Positions 13,781 through 25,308 of a DNA stretch of 64,000 bases are shown piece after piece; positions within the stretch are counted from its first letter, which is position 1; the number at the start of each line of letters is the position of its first letter. A program made the translations under genes and the position numbers. The stretch comes from Eledone cirrhosa (lineage: Eukaryota): the NCBI GenBank assembly GCA_964016885.1, contig OZ024740.1, forward strand, positions 365,738,001 to 365,802,000, in the 5' to 3' direction. Under the pieces are notes generated by a model. That model did not search any database and was not told the origin of the DNA. It worked only from the letters and a program-made list of their open reading frames with translations.

Positions 13781-14468
13781 TATAAAATAACAGGAGGCTG
13801 GACTGGTGTAATTCCTTAAAAGGTTTATTATACTATGATCATTTCAATGACCAGATTCAGTATGAATCCGGTGACATCATCAGGTATTCGAAATATAACA
13901 AAGGAGTATAATAGATAAAATCCATGGGGCTGATGATCAGAGACATGAAGGCGACCGAACATTTAGCAGGTCCTACCCCGGTTGGCCGCCTTCAAGTGGT
14001 GATTATTAAGCCTACGTATGTCTGTCTGGTGAAGGGCGTAGGCTTATAGTGTACTACTACCACCCCGTCAAAGACAGAGGCCAGTATTGATATCAGGTCA
14101 TAATCAAGCTGGTCATGCGTACTAGAAAGTGCCGCGAAAAATATCAAAGAACATATATCTTTAACCAATCTATATATAGCAATATATAGTGGGCGTCTGT
14201 ATGGTATAATGTATGGACAGAAATTACAATTAACAATTAGAAACGTTAAATTTATGTTTAGAGTTAGAATATGCCATTTAAGATGAAATTAGAAAAATAA
14301 GTAGTGACCTACATTACCATGTTCAGGATGCGAGAGACTGATTTCTCTAATTCATGCAGGAATTTCTCCCTCAGGGCGCGTAGGGATACATTCTCTTCTG
14401 CTGGCGCTGATATGGCTGAGCTGAGCCAAATCACGCACAGAGAATGTATGTGAGCCCGCGGAATGTAG
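13781..14468 (-). mobile_element. Non-coding PLE-type element ending in HHR and CTGTTATTTT tail
   Basis: HHR at 13830-13887, terminus at (AT)n, and an internal hairpin at 14386-14447. Confidence 0.65.
13830..13887 (-). ncRNA. Type I hammerhead ribozyme
   Basis: atac-CTGATGA-tgtcaccggattcatactgaatctggtcatt-GAAA-tgatc-ATA-gtat, with palindromic stem III ATGATCAT. Confidence 0.85.
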
Positions 14469-14517
14469 CTGACTCCATATCAGAAGGCTGCGTGTTCAAA
14501 TCACATCGGGGTCACCA
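14469..14517 (+). pseudogene. 3' two-thirds of tRNA-Trp(CCA) followed by CCA
   Basis: ctgactCCAtatcagaaggctgcgtgttcaaatcacatcggggtca-cca closely matches the metazoan tRNA-Trp anticodon arm, T arm and acceptor strand. The 5' part is absent. Confidence 0.85.
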
Positions 14518-14518
14518 T

Positions 14519-15820
14519 TTTAGTGTTGTTTCTAGACCCAGGGTTATTTACTCGAGTAAATGTCACCGGAATCTAACTACTAAATTTTATAAAGAAAAGG
14601 GTAAGATATTTTACATAACACCATGTCGAATGAGAGTTAATTCCCATTACAAAGGTAATGATAAAACGTAGGCAGTTTCTCAGAAAGAGTATCAAATATA
14701 AGTCTTCATTTTATTGTAGCTCCATGTTACAATTGTGCCTTAGTAAATGATCTTCAAGCGTTGTAATATTCAGCGAGATCCCTTCTCACTTTGTGGAGAC
14801 ACCAAACATGCTGTCGACACTTTGCAGCTTGGTTCATCTGAACTCAAACTGCACCGCAACACGAGAATGCTAATTGCAGCTGGACTCAAACAGTTTCGCA
14901 TCTCGTTTCCCACTCATCGTCCATAACACCCTCCATCTTGTTACTTTACCCGACTCACTGGGAAAACAACAAATGGAACTGGACCTGTCAGCATTTCCAC
15001 ATTTCTATGGATTCGCCAGAATTATGGAATTTACACTTCAACTGCTACCCACCTACAGATTCAACTTGCTTTTTTCTTTTCAAAGCAACCAGCCATTTTT
15101 TCCTGGCTGCCTAGCACTTTCGGCAATATATCTGGAAGGCTGACATTTTCTCGCCTAGCCATCATCTTCTTGCCAGCACTGGTAAACTACCATAATAGCT
15201 TCATCCACAGCTACTGGTACAACACTTACCATTAACATTTACATTTAATGCAAGAACAGCAACTTCGTCCATGTCAGACTTTATCCGTTTTCTGTTAGAC
15301 CCCTGGTGGTTACGTATAAATAGCAAAACAGTTAGTCATTTGACACAGCAGCTCAACACGGCCCATAGCGCCTCACCTTTCTTCTTGCATGTATTCTTTT
15401 GTTCAATTTTTTCATTGATGTGCTCTTTCAGCATTTTTCCCTGCTGATTCAATAATCTGTATCGTCTTACGACTAGGAAGGGGGGTATTGTAGTGACCTA
15501 ATTCCATTATGCTCATTATGAATGTAGTAGCCGCTGAGTGAAATGTTTTTTAACTGCCGCACATGGATCTGGATTATACCAATATGTAGAAGAATATTTA
15601 CTAACCACAATTGTAACATGGAGCTACAATAAAATGAAGACTTATATTTGGTACTCGTTCCGAGAAACTGCCTATGTTTTATCATTACCTTTGTAATGGG
15701 AATTAACTCTCATTCAACATGGTGTTATGTAAAATATCTCACCCTTTTCTTTATAAAATTTAGTAGTTAGATTCCGGTGACATTTACTCGAGTAAATAAC
15801 CCTGGATCTAGCAACAACAC

Positions 15821-15824
<4 letters not shown>
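14519..15824. mobile_element. Element with ~235-bp inverted terminal repeats (probably an inverted-pLTR PLE derivative)
   Basis: 14519-14755 is the reverse complement of 15588-15824 with scattered mismatches. The right end abuts (AT)n. No recognisable ORF. Confidence 0.65.
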
Positions 15825-15884
<60 letters not shown>

Positions 15885-15885
<1 letters not shown>

Positions 15886-16087
15886 CATTATCATCATTAT
15901 CATCATCATTACTGTTTTACGTCCGTTCTTCCACGCTAGCATGGGTTAGACGGGTTGTCCTGTTGTGGGTAGTGTCTGGTCAGCTGACCTTGTCTTGCTC
16001 AAGGAAACAACACATCACCTGCTCCGAGAATTGAACTCATAACCTTTCGATTGCAACACCAATGCTCTAACCACTAAGCCACGTGCC

Positions 16088-16091
<4 letters not shown>
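15885..16091 (-). mobile_element. tRNA-SINE head joined to RTE family C tail (internally deleted)
   Basis: Minus strand gtggcttagtggttagagc (A box) and gagttcaattc (B box), then ccttgagcaagaca joined to a tail matching 53008-53120. Confidence 0.8.
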
Positions 16092-16143
<52 letters not shown>

Positions 16144-16181
16144 TACATACATACATACATACATACATACATACATACATG

Positions 16182-16247
<66 letters not shown>

Positions 16248-16249
16248 AA

Positions 16250-16368
16250 TCATCATCATCATCATCACATCATCATTTTACATCCGCTTTTCCCTGCTTG
16301 CAAGGGTGGAACGGGTCCTATTCAGCACAGTATCTCTCCACTTGTCACGGTCCTTCGTCATCTCCATT
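16250..16368 (-). mobile_element. RTE family B extreme 3' fragment
   Basis: Reverse complement of 17713-17820. Confidence 0.85.
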
Positions 16369-16765
16369 GTATGTATATATATATATACATAAATATATAT
16401 ATACATATATATATATATATACATATATTTACATGTCATGTAGCGAAATCTGTCTGCACCTTGAATTTTGGGTGATACCTAAAGGTTAAATTATAGGTCA
16501 ACACCCTTTTGGTGTAGACAGGTTGATGCGTTGGCTATCCCCTCAAGGTGGGGAGACAGGAAGCGATAGCTATATAAAGCCTATATTTTCCCACTTTACA
16601 CACAGAGATATCGGAGTGCTAGGATACACAACTAACTATGTAAAGATTCACCGCTACCTTCAGGCCTTTGAGGTCTACAGAAACACAGAGACATCGGAGC
16701 ACCACGACATACAACAAACTATGTAAAGATTCACCACTATCAACAGACCCCCATGAGGCCTACAG

Positions 16766-17821
16766 TCCTATAGTCCTCCAAGCCATAACAGAGGAGTTTA
16801 AGACTGGCTGTCCATGGGAACTTCTCTATGCTGACGATCTGGTTCTCACAGCAGAATCAGTAGAGGAGCTAGAGAATAAATTCTGGCTATGGAAACAGCA
16901 GTTGGAAGCAAGAGGACTGAGAGTGAACCTAGCTAAGACAAAAGTGTTGATGAGTAGAAAAGAGGACAAAACTCTGATTCCGTCAGGGAAATGGCCATGT
17001 TCGATATGCAGAAAAGGAACTGGCATAAATTCTATAAAATGCACACAATGCAGATCCTGGGTACACAAGAGATGTAGCGGGATAGCAGGCAAACTAACAG
17101 GTAGGGAGAAATATGTATGCAGTAGATGTACAGGGAAATTAGACAGTAGAAGTCGCATTGACAGACACATTTTTCAAATGCAGGTGGGTGCTATAGAAGT
17201 GGTGGATAGCTACCGATACCTAGGAGATCAGATTAGCATGGGAGGGGGGTGTTCTGAGGCCATAGTATCTAGAATAAGGACGGGTTGGAAGAAGTTTAGG
17301 GAGCTGCTTCCTCTGCTGACGAAGAAGGGTTTCTCCCTGCGTACGAAAGGCCGGTTATATGATGCCTGTGTGAGGAACGCAATGCTGCATGATAGTGAGA
17401 CATGGGCAGCAACTGCAGAGGATATGCGACGGCTGGAGAGAAATGAGGCAAGTATGCTCCGTTGGATGTGCAATGTCAATGTGCGTGAACGACCCAGCAT
17501 GAATGTGTTGAGAGAGAAACTGTGTCTGAGAGGGATAGAATGTAGTGTACGGGAGAGGAGACTGAGGTGGTATGGACATGTGATGCGCATGGAGGCTGAC
17601 CGATAGGTGAAGAAGTGCCAGGAAATGCCAGTTGAAGGAAGATGTGGTAGAGGTAGACCACGAAAAACATGGGCGGAGGTGGTGAGAACAGACCTCAGAT
17701 CGCTGAAGCTCACGGTGGAGATGACGAAGGACCGTGACGAGTGGAGAGATGCTGTGCTGAATAAGACCCGTCCCACCCTTGCAAGCAGGGAAGAGCGGAC
17801 GTAAAATGATGATGATGATGA
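16766..17821 (+). mobile_element. 5'-truncated RTE (family B)
   Basis: ORFs 16668..17606 and 17607..17804: ELLYADD, PHD-like finger, [20 protein letters not shown]. The ORF runs almost to the (GAT)n tail. Confidence 0.95.
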
Positions 17822-17834
17822 TATACATACATAA

Positions 17835-17907
<73 letters not shown>

Positions 17908-17950
17908 TATATATACATACATACATAAATATATATATATATACATAAAT

Positions 17951-18199
17951 ATGAATGTATATATAATGTATTTTGCAATACACTGTATGCTTAATTAAAA
18001 ACATTTTGAAGACCTTACGCTATTGTTTTAGAGTAGTGACAGTCTCACTTACTTTAAATTTTCAGCTTTATCTCCCCCTGTTTGCTGAAAATTTAAAGTA
18101 AGTGAGACTGTCACTACTCTAAAACAATTGCGTAAGGTCTTCAAAATGCTTTTAATTAAGCATACAGTGTATTGCAAAATACACTATATATACATTCAT
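17951..18199. repeat. Near-perfect fold-back hairpin (~115-bp arms) in (AT)n
   Basis: 17951-18065 pairs with 18083-18199 around a ~17-nt spacer. Confidence 0.9.
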
Positions 18200-18231
18200 A
18201 TATATATCGCTATTTCAGAGCACCAATTCTA

Positions 18232-18266
<35 letters not shown>

Positions 18267-18269
<3 letters not shown>

Positions 18270-19116
18270 CCCAAACACAAAATTGGGATTATACTAAAAT
18301 ATAACCTAATGTTTGTTGAGTGAGATGGTTGCCAGTCAGAGTTCAGCTTAAGGCTTTCTCTGTTATTGTATTAAATATTTTACTCTTGATTTGGCCGGAG
18401 AAATTTATTTCCAGGTATCTTTTAAACGTGACTTTCCATATTTATTATTGTTATAAAATATTGTTTGTTACATGGTATCACTTCTCTGTTTTTAGCCTAA
18501 GAAAATATCTATATCCGTGTGTAACTAATACACGCATACATTTATTTTAAAAATTAATTGAGTTCTTAACACGAGGGATTAATGTTGTTTTTAAATAAAC
18601 TATTTGACCCTCGTGAATATTATTTTGCTTTCAGGTGTTTCGCGATCGTCTCCCTTTTCCGCTTCATGACGCTGAGAACTTCATCAGTCTAAAAACTGCT
18701 GGAATTTCAAATTTGGCGGTCATTTGATGCGTGAAGAGATGACTTAGCAGACACAGAAAAATAACTGCGGTAAGAAAATTTTTTCTTATATCAAAGTTTA
18801 TAATGGGCTTCCACTGATGATTTATAAGCACCCGCCTGCATGTACTCTTACAGAGAAATATATGTAGGTTTCTACATAAACGTAAAACATTATCCCAACT
18901 TGTAGAAAACTTATAATGAAACAATTGTTTGGAAAGAGAGATATATTTTGATTTTAATTATATCTCATATAAAATAATACAACTGGCTTTCCACAGAATA
19001 CATATAGTTAGCACCCCAAACACAAAATTGGGATTATACTAAAATATAACCTAATGTTTGTTGAGTGAGATGGTTGCTAGTCAGAGTTCAGCTTAAGGCT
19101 TTCTCTGTTATTGTAT

Positions 19117-19120
<4 letters not shown>
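18267..19120 (+). mobile_element. Non-coding HHR element, ~745-nt unit, head-to-tail 1.15-mer (retrozyme-like)
   Basis: 18267-18376 repeats at 19012-19120. HHR at 18809-18934. No ORF. Related copies at 20766, 56272 and 62432; inverted tail fragment at 19271-19338. Confidence 0.8.
18809..18934 (+). ncRNA. Type I hammerhead with ~97-nt stem II domain
   Basis: ttcca-CTGATGA-tttataag...cttataat-GAAAC-aatt-GTT-tggaa. Confidence 0.85.
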
Positions 19121-19188
<68 letters not shown>

Positions 19189-19419
19189 CATAAATATATA
19201 TATATATACATAAATATATATATATACATAAATATATATATACATAAATATATATATATAAATATATAAATACAATATCGGAGAAAGCTTTTTAGCGATA
19301 CTCCGGCCAAATTCCAACTCACTCAACAAACATTAGGAAATTTACATAAATATATATATATATATATTTATGTAAATATATATATATTTATGTATATATA
19401 AATATATATATATACATAA

Positions 19420-19456
<37 letters not shown>

Positions 19457-19582
19457 TTTATGTAAATGAAATAATTATCTTATGTTGTTTATTACATAAC
19501 TAATAAGCTCTGTAGCCTACATAGAGCACTCTTTTTTCCTGTACCTTTCCGACGGAATTACTTCATTTATATTTATGTATAC

Positions 19583-19650
<68 letters not shown>

Positions 19651-19658
<8 letters not shown>

Positions 19659-20021
19659 GGTTCGACTCCCATGTACGTCAATACTCATGTTTTTCCATTT
19701 ATCTGAGGGTTCTAAACCCCATTATCAAGCTAAAATTTCTTTAGTCAAAAATACGGTGAAAGCTATTCTATTTTCTAATTTCAAACCTGCTCACTGTTTC
19801 AAAACATACTTACTTGTCATTTATACTTGCTAAGAATGTAGCTTCTAATTTGAATGGAAGATGGGTGATGTGTTGGTGTAATGGTAGCACAGTGATCTGG
19901 ATAACCAAAGATGTGGGTTTGACTCCCATATACGTCAATACTCATCTTTATCCATTTATCTGAGGGTTCTAAACTCCATTATCAGGCTAAAATTTCTTTA
20001 GCCAAAAATACGGTGAAAGCT
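19651..20021 (+). mobile_element. tRNA-containing 257-nt head-to-tail repeat in (AT)n
   Basis: 19654-19765 repeats at 19911-20021. A cloverleaf-like segment lies at 19867-19937 (acceptor GATGTGT/ATACGTC, A box TGGTGTAATGG; B box GGTTCGACTCC intact in the first copy). Confidence 0.7.
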
Positions 20022-20094
20022 ATATATATATATATATTTATGTATATATATATATATTTATGTATATATAAATATATTTATATATATATACATA

Positions 20095-20142
<48 letters not shown>

Positions 20143-20145
<3 letters not shown>

Positions 20146-20748
20146 GACGAGCTGATAAATTCCGACCTCACACGCTTACACCTCTCCAAGACAATGTCAC
20201 TGGACCGAGACCTTTGGCGGTACTCAGTAATAGAGAAGACCCGCCTTACCTAAATACAAAGTAAAAACCTACTACAGTCAGTAGGCATCTCTATCAAAAC
20301 ACCCCCCCGTCCCACCACCTCCACCCCATCCACACCGCCCCTTTCAATGTACAGTTATGTTGGTCCCACAACATCCAGGCCGAAACAAATGAGATCGTGT
20401 GTCACGACAAAAAACACACAGTCCACGCTGTAAATGTGGCCGCGTAGGCAACACGGTAAAAACCTCCCAGCCCCACACTGTAAATGTGGTTGGTGTTAGG
20501 AAGGGCATCCAGCTGTAGAAAACCCGCCAGACAGTCCACGCTGTAATGTGGCCGTGTAGGCAACACGGTAAAAACCTCCCAGCCCCACACTGTAAATGTG
20601 GTTGGTGTTAGGAAGGGCATCCAACTGTAGAAAACCCGCCAGACAGTCCTATGCGAGCAAGACAACCACTCTTGCCTCAAGTGGGAAAACCCCCGTCCAA
20701 ACCCATGCAAGCGTGGAACACGGACGCTAAACCTGATGATGATGATGA
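20143..20748 (+). mobile_element. RTE family A 3' end with duplicated 3'UTR module
   Basis: Matches 46838-47446. Confidence 0.95.
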
Positions 20749-20765
20749 TATATATATATATATAT

Positions 20766-21146
20766 CTTCTTAGCGCTGAGGGAGACCATCACCATTATAT
20801 TGATGTCGATATGATTCTTATATCGATATTAATTTGGGCATCCACTGATGAGTTTATAAGAGCCCGCTTGTGTATAAAACTACGGTTTATATACAAGTTT
20901 CTACATAACCTGGAAATTATTTATCCCAATTTGTAGAAATCTTATAACGAAACGGCCGTTTGGAAGGAAAGAGATATTTATTTAATAATGTCTCATATAA
21001 AATAATACAACCAATTTTCCATGAAATACTGATTAGTTAGCACCCCAAACACTAAATTGGGATAATACTTAAGTATATCCTAATGTTTGTTGAGTGAGAT
21101 GGAATTGGTCGGAGTATCGCTTAAGGCTCTCTCTGTTTATGTATTG
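20766..21146 (+). mobile_element. Diverged member of the ~740-nt HHR family (HHR 20841-20964)
   Basis: tcca-CTGATGA-gtttataaga...tcttataac-GAAAC-ggcc-GTT-tgga followed by the same gcaccccaaac...ttgttgagtgagatgg tail. Confidence 0.8.
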
Positions 21147-21147
21147 T

Positions 21148-21369
21148 CATCATCATTTTCATTTAATTTTACGTCCGCTTTTTCCCTGCTTGCAAGGGTG
21201 GGACGGGAACTGATTCTGGCTTGATTTCTACAGCTGGATGCCCTTCCTAACACCAACCTCATTTTACAGTGAGTGCTGGGTGCTTTTTTTTTTTCCGTGG
21301 CGCCTACACGTTAACTTTACAGTGGAATGATAGGGACCCCAGTCTAACCACTAAGCCATATGCCTCCAT
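21148..21369 (-). mobile_element. Internally deleted tRNA-SINE with RTE tail
   Basis: Both ends match the ends of 53560-53894. Confidence 0.8.
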
Positions 21370-21581
21370 CTATATATATATATATATATAATGGAAAAAT
21401 TTGAACAGGGACAAAACAGAGAGGCAGTACAACGAATGTTTATTAATTTCACGCTCTGGAGAGTGGGGTGTTATATATATATATACATATATATATATAC
21501 ATATATATATATATACATATATATATATACTTATATATATATACATATATATATATACTTATATATACATATATATATACT

Positions 21582-21647
<66 letters not shown>

Positions 21648-21848
21648 TAGTATTAAGGATACTATTTATGGTTATGTATGTAATAAAGCCTTTTATGGTT
21701 ATATATTTTTTATACAAATAGTGAAAGATAGTCATTAATTACTATCTTATTACCAGTAAGATAAATAGCTCAATGTAGTAACATCTGTTGTATTACAGAG
21801 CAGTTATATAGAAATTACAATAATCAAAGTTCAGTTTAAATCATTTAT

Positions 21849-21897
21849 TTGCTTACAATTGTTTCCTCCAAACCGAGGTTTGGATTCTTCGGAGCAA
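21849..21897 (-). ncRNA. Type I hammerhead, CCGAAGA core variant
   Basis: ttgct-CCGAAGA-atccaaacctcggtttggag-GAAAC-aatt-GTA-agcaa. Confidence 0.8.
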
Positions 21898-23699
21898 CTA
21901 TTAAGTGATCTATAACATACTTGACCTCCTTTTCAACACAAGAGACATATAAAAACATATGCACGTATTGACCCACAGTGGGATGACATCCATAAAAATG
22001 ATATAGCATGGCAATTTACATATAAAGGTTAAAGGATAAAAATAAAAATAAAAATAAAAATAAAAATAAAAATGAAGCATTGGCAGCTTATGAAGATAAA
22101 GCAAGAGGAAAGTTTAGAGTAGTCAGTGTATGAAACAATCTCACGTGTAGCATGCACGCGTGTCTTATTTATGCAGGATTAGAGTGCGTCAGATTGTTAC
22201 TTGCAGGGTCAGGCAGTTGAAGCAGGCAATTGATATTATTATGTGGGCTGAATTATTAAATCATTTTTTCGCATACACCTGTATGATATACAATCCCGAA
22301 TGTAGAGAAACACCAAAATATCAAAAATATCAAACATATTATAAAAGATATTATATCGTAGTCAAAACAGTACCACTGTCTTCGCGCACACCACCACTCA
22401 CATAATCCATGAGACGCAATATATAGACCACGGGTCTATCGTATAATCCACGATGGTTCAGCATATAACCAAGTTATAAACCATATCATGTCGATTCTTA
22501 ATTAATAGATCATGTTGTTTAGTTTTGTGTGATGATACTATATTCCGGAAGTGTGTGTGTGACCAAGGGGAGTTAATGCGTAAGGGGAGGTAACTAGCTA
22601 TTTTTCTTAGTTAAATTTATTATCCTAAATTACATTAATGGTGTTTCAAATAAGTGCCTATCATATGCTGTTATAACTAATTTCTAGATTATGTTACTTA
22701 TCTATAGGTTACAGTGTTGTCTATTAAGAAGTACTAAAGGTGTATATAGCAGGATGATTACCTTCTATTAAGGGGTGTCATATCTGAACATTCTATAAGA
22801 AGAGTCAGACTCACAAATCAATGTTCTTTGTAAGTGTAATTCCACCCACAGGACCTGGCATGGTCCTATTATTATATATGACTCCCGGTAAGCTCTGGGT
22901 CATTGTATGTCCGGCTCCTTGGCAAATTTGGATATCTCCAGAGTGGTCTGGAGATCAAATCTCTCATATAAAGACACCAGTCTGGCCATCAAGCAATACA
23001 TAAACTCCCATCTCATATATAAATTAAATTAGGTATCTTATCTACAAATTAGAGTGGAGTCTACTAATAAGTACTAAAGGAGTTCATATCATGATGGTTA
23101 CAATCTAATATGGAGTGCCACACCCGGACAATCTATAAGAAGAGTCGGACTTCAAAATTAATTATATGGGTCTCACTACTAATAAGGGTCTTATTACTAA
23201 TAATGGTCTTATTATCATACAAGACTCCCGGCAAGTTTCGGGTCATTGTATGACTGCATCCCCGGTAAAATTCAAATATCACCAGGGCGGTCCGGGGACC
23301 CGTTCTCTCATCAAAAGATACTAATCAGGTCATCAAGTAACACAGAGACTCCTAACTCATGTATCACCTGTGCATAATTCATTGTATAGAATATATAATA
23401 ATGAGATTACTTACTTAATCGTCAATCTATCTCATGGTGGCACTCCATGTACAGGATTATGTTAGCACAACCAATACCGTGTCCACAGTTTATATTAATC
23501 ATATATTTGTGCAATGCAGTTTAAGTAACCCACGGCCGAGATATCAGACTTAGAAGTACATGGGGGTATCCCCAGGTGAGATGTTACTATAATGTTGCCA
23601 CTGTTACCTTTAGAGGATATAAATGGGTGTGGATATGAAGTGTAAGGTGTGCTACTGATGCTACTTGCTAGGGGCGGTGATGGTTCCAGTCTGACATTG

Positions 23700-25046
23700 T
23701 TATATATAGGGTTTAAAGTTTTGGAAAGAGTGTCGGAAGCGGTGTTGGCAAGATGCGAACACTTCTGATTTTTTATTAAGGAGATTATGGTTAGAGAAGG
23801 TGATAGTATGGGTCTCTAGTAGACAGAGGTTACAAAATTTATTAGGTGGTTTGTACGATGTTGCACTACCTACCACCTCCCATTTAAGTGTATATATTTT
23901 ATTTTTAGTTTTTAGATAGTGTATGTAGCTAGATAGTGAAGTGGAGTTGGCTAGACTGTGTTTTTTGAAAGAGTGGCGGTGCGAATTGTATCTAGTTTTG
24001 AAGCAGTTAGAAGTACAGCCTATATAGGTTTCAGAAGAGTTGTTAGTTGTGACTGTACATGAGTATATGATATCCTTGGTTAAGCATTTTTTATCTAAAG
24101 GGCAGGTTCTATTTGATCTACAGTTACAATTATTCTGGGTGTTAGTCTGCCGGTTAATATGCTGTGTAGAAGTTTGGATGTTAGCTATAGGGTTATGGTT
24201 ATGTGGGTTGTCGTTCACAGCGCTAATGTTTACACTAGCACTAATACTACTATTTCTATTGATATTATGGTTAGTTGCTATAATGTTATTTTGAATGTTA
24301 TTTTGAAGGTTTATCGTCTGTTGTGATTTAGTTTGTTGGAAGTAAGAATTAATTTTTCTTTTATTGCTACTAGCTATGTAGTATGCTAAGTTAGGCGTAG
24401 TGGAGTATGAGATTTTAATAGTGTTTTTGTTTAAAAGGCTATGGTACTTGTGGCCGGATGGGAAGTGTTTATCCAGTAGTGAGAAGAAAGCCCTAGGTAG
24501 GTTGGTAGAGACGTTTAGATTGAAAGGAGGGTTGAAAAATGTATTATTTCTTCTTCTATTTCTGTTTTTTATGTCTGGTGATGTGTTTCCTTTAATGTTA
24601 CTATGGTAATTTCTGTGGTGTGGGTTATTTTTGTTGTTATCATCTCTATTAGTGTGTGTGTGGTTGCTATCCCTATTATTAAATTTTCTCATGGACATGC
24701 TGTGTGAAATAATGTTGTAGCTATGCGTTTTTGTAGGTAGGAACTCTATCCCTGTATTATGGCCTGATCTAGCTAATGCTTGATTGTAATATTGGGAGTT
24801 ATTGTTAAATGTGTTTATGTCATAGGAAAGATTAGAGATTCTATTAGATACTCCCTTAGAGATAGAGTTTAATATAGATCTAGGGTGGTTAGACTTGGTA
24901 TCTACGTAGATGAGTTTTTCATTAGGTTTGTGGAAAGGTGCATATATCATTGAGTCTAGGTAGAGTGTGGCGTCTAGGAAGTTGACGTTTTTGGTGTTTT
25001 TGTCCATGGTAATACTAAGGTTATAGTTTTTGAATGTTTTGTGCAA
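23700..25046 (-). CDS. PLE RT thumb, linker and GIY-YIG endonuclease (partial, open)
   Basis: VNFLDATL, KSNHP, FFNPPF, CNCRSNRTCPLDKKC, IIYSCTV..YIGCT, CNLCLLE. Confidence 0.9.
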   Translation of the reverse strand: MHKTFKNYNLSITMDKNTKNVNFLDATLYLDSMIYAPFHKPNEKLIYVDTKSNHPRSILNSISKGVSNRISNLSYDINTFNNNSQYYNQALARSGHNTGIEFLPTKTHSYNIISHSMSMRKFNNRDSNHTHTNRDDNNKNNPHHRNYHSNIKGNTSPDIKNRNRRRNNTFFNPPFNLNVSTNLPRAFFSLLDKHFPSGHKYHSLLNKNTIKISYSTTPNLAYYIASSNKRKINSYFQQTKSQQTINLQNNIQNNIIATNHNINRNSSISASVNISAVNDNPHNHNPIANIQTSTQHINRQTNTQNNCNCRSNRTCPLDKKCLTKDIIYSCTVTTNNSSETYIGCTSNCFKTRYNSHRHSFKKHSLANSTSLSSYIHYLKTKNKIYTLKWEVVGSATSYKPPNKFCNLCLLETHTITFSNHNLLNKKSEVFASCQHRFRHSFQNFKPYI

Positions 25047-25308
25047 TAGTTTTCTAGCTCTTTGAAGACCAATTATGAACCCGCAAGGATACGCAAAACA
25101 ACTTCGTCATTAACATGGGGTCTAGTGACTCGGCGCAGGTCACTGATTTAGTCGGCCTATATTTACTTAACCAAATCCATAAGGACCTTCCTTACCTCAG
25201 AGGTGGTTTGTATCGTGACGATGCACTTCTACTTATAGATTATAAAAAATTCAATATAGAAAGAACTAGAAAACTATTGCACAAAACATTCAAAAACTAT
25301 AACCTTAA

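Larger units (their letters stand above)
21650..25308 (-). mobile_element. Naiad-type Penelope-like element, 5'-truncated with 5' inversion
   Basis: ORF 23700..25046 covers the RT C-terminus and GIY-YIG. The inverted upstream RT piece at 25064-25308 reads MGSSDSAQVTDLVG, GGLYRDD. The ~2-kb 3' region has a ~335-bp tandem duplication and an HHR at 21849-21897. Confidence 0.9.

Noticed and set aside
14469-14517. LTR retrotransposon primer-binding site or functional tRNA gene
   Set aside because: There are no direct TG...CA LTRs or gag/pol, the complementarity is far longer than a PBS, and the tRNA 5' portion is missing.
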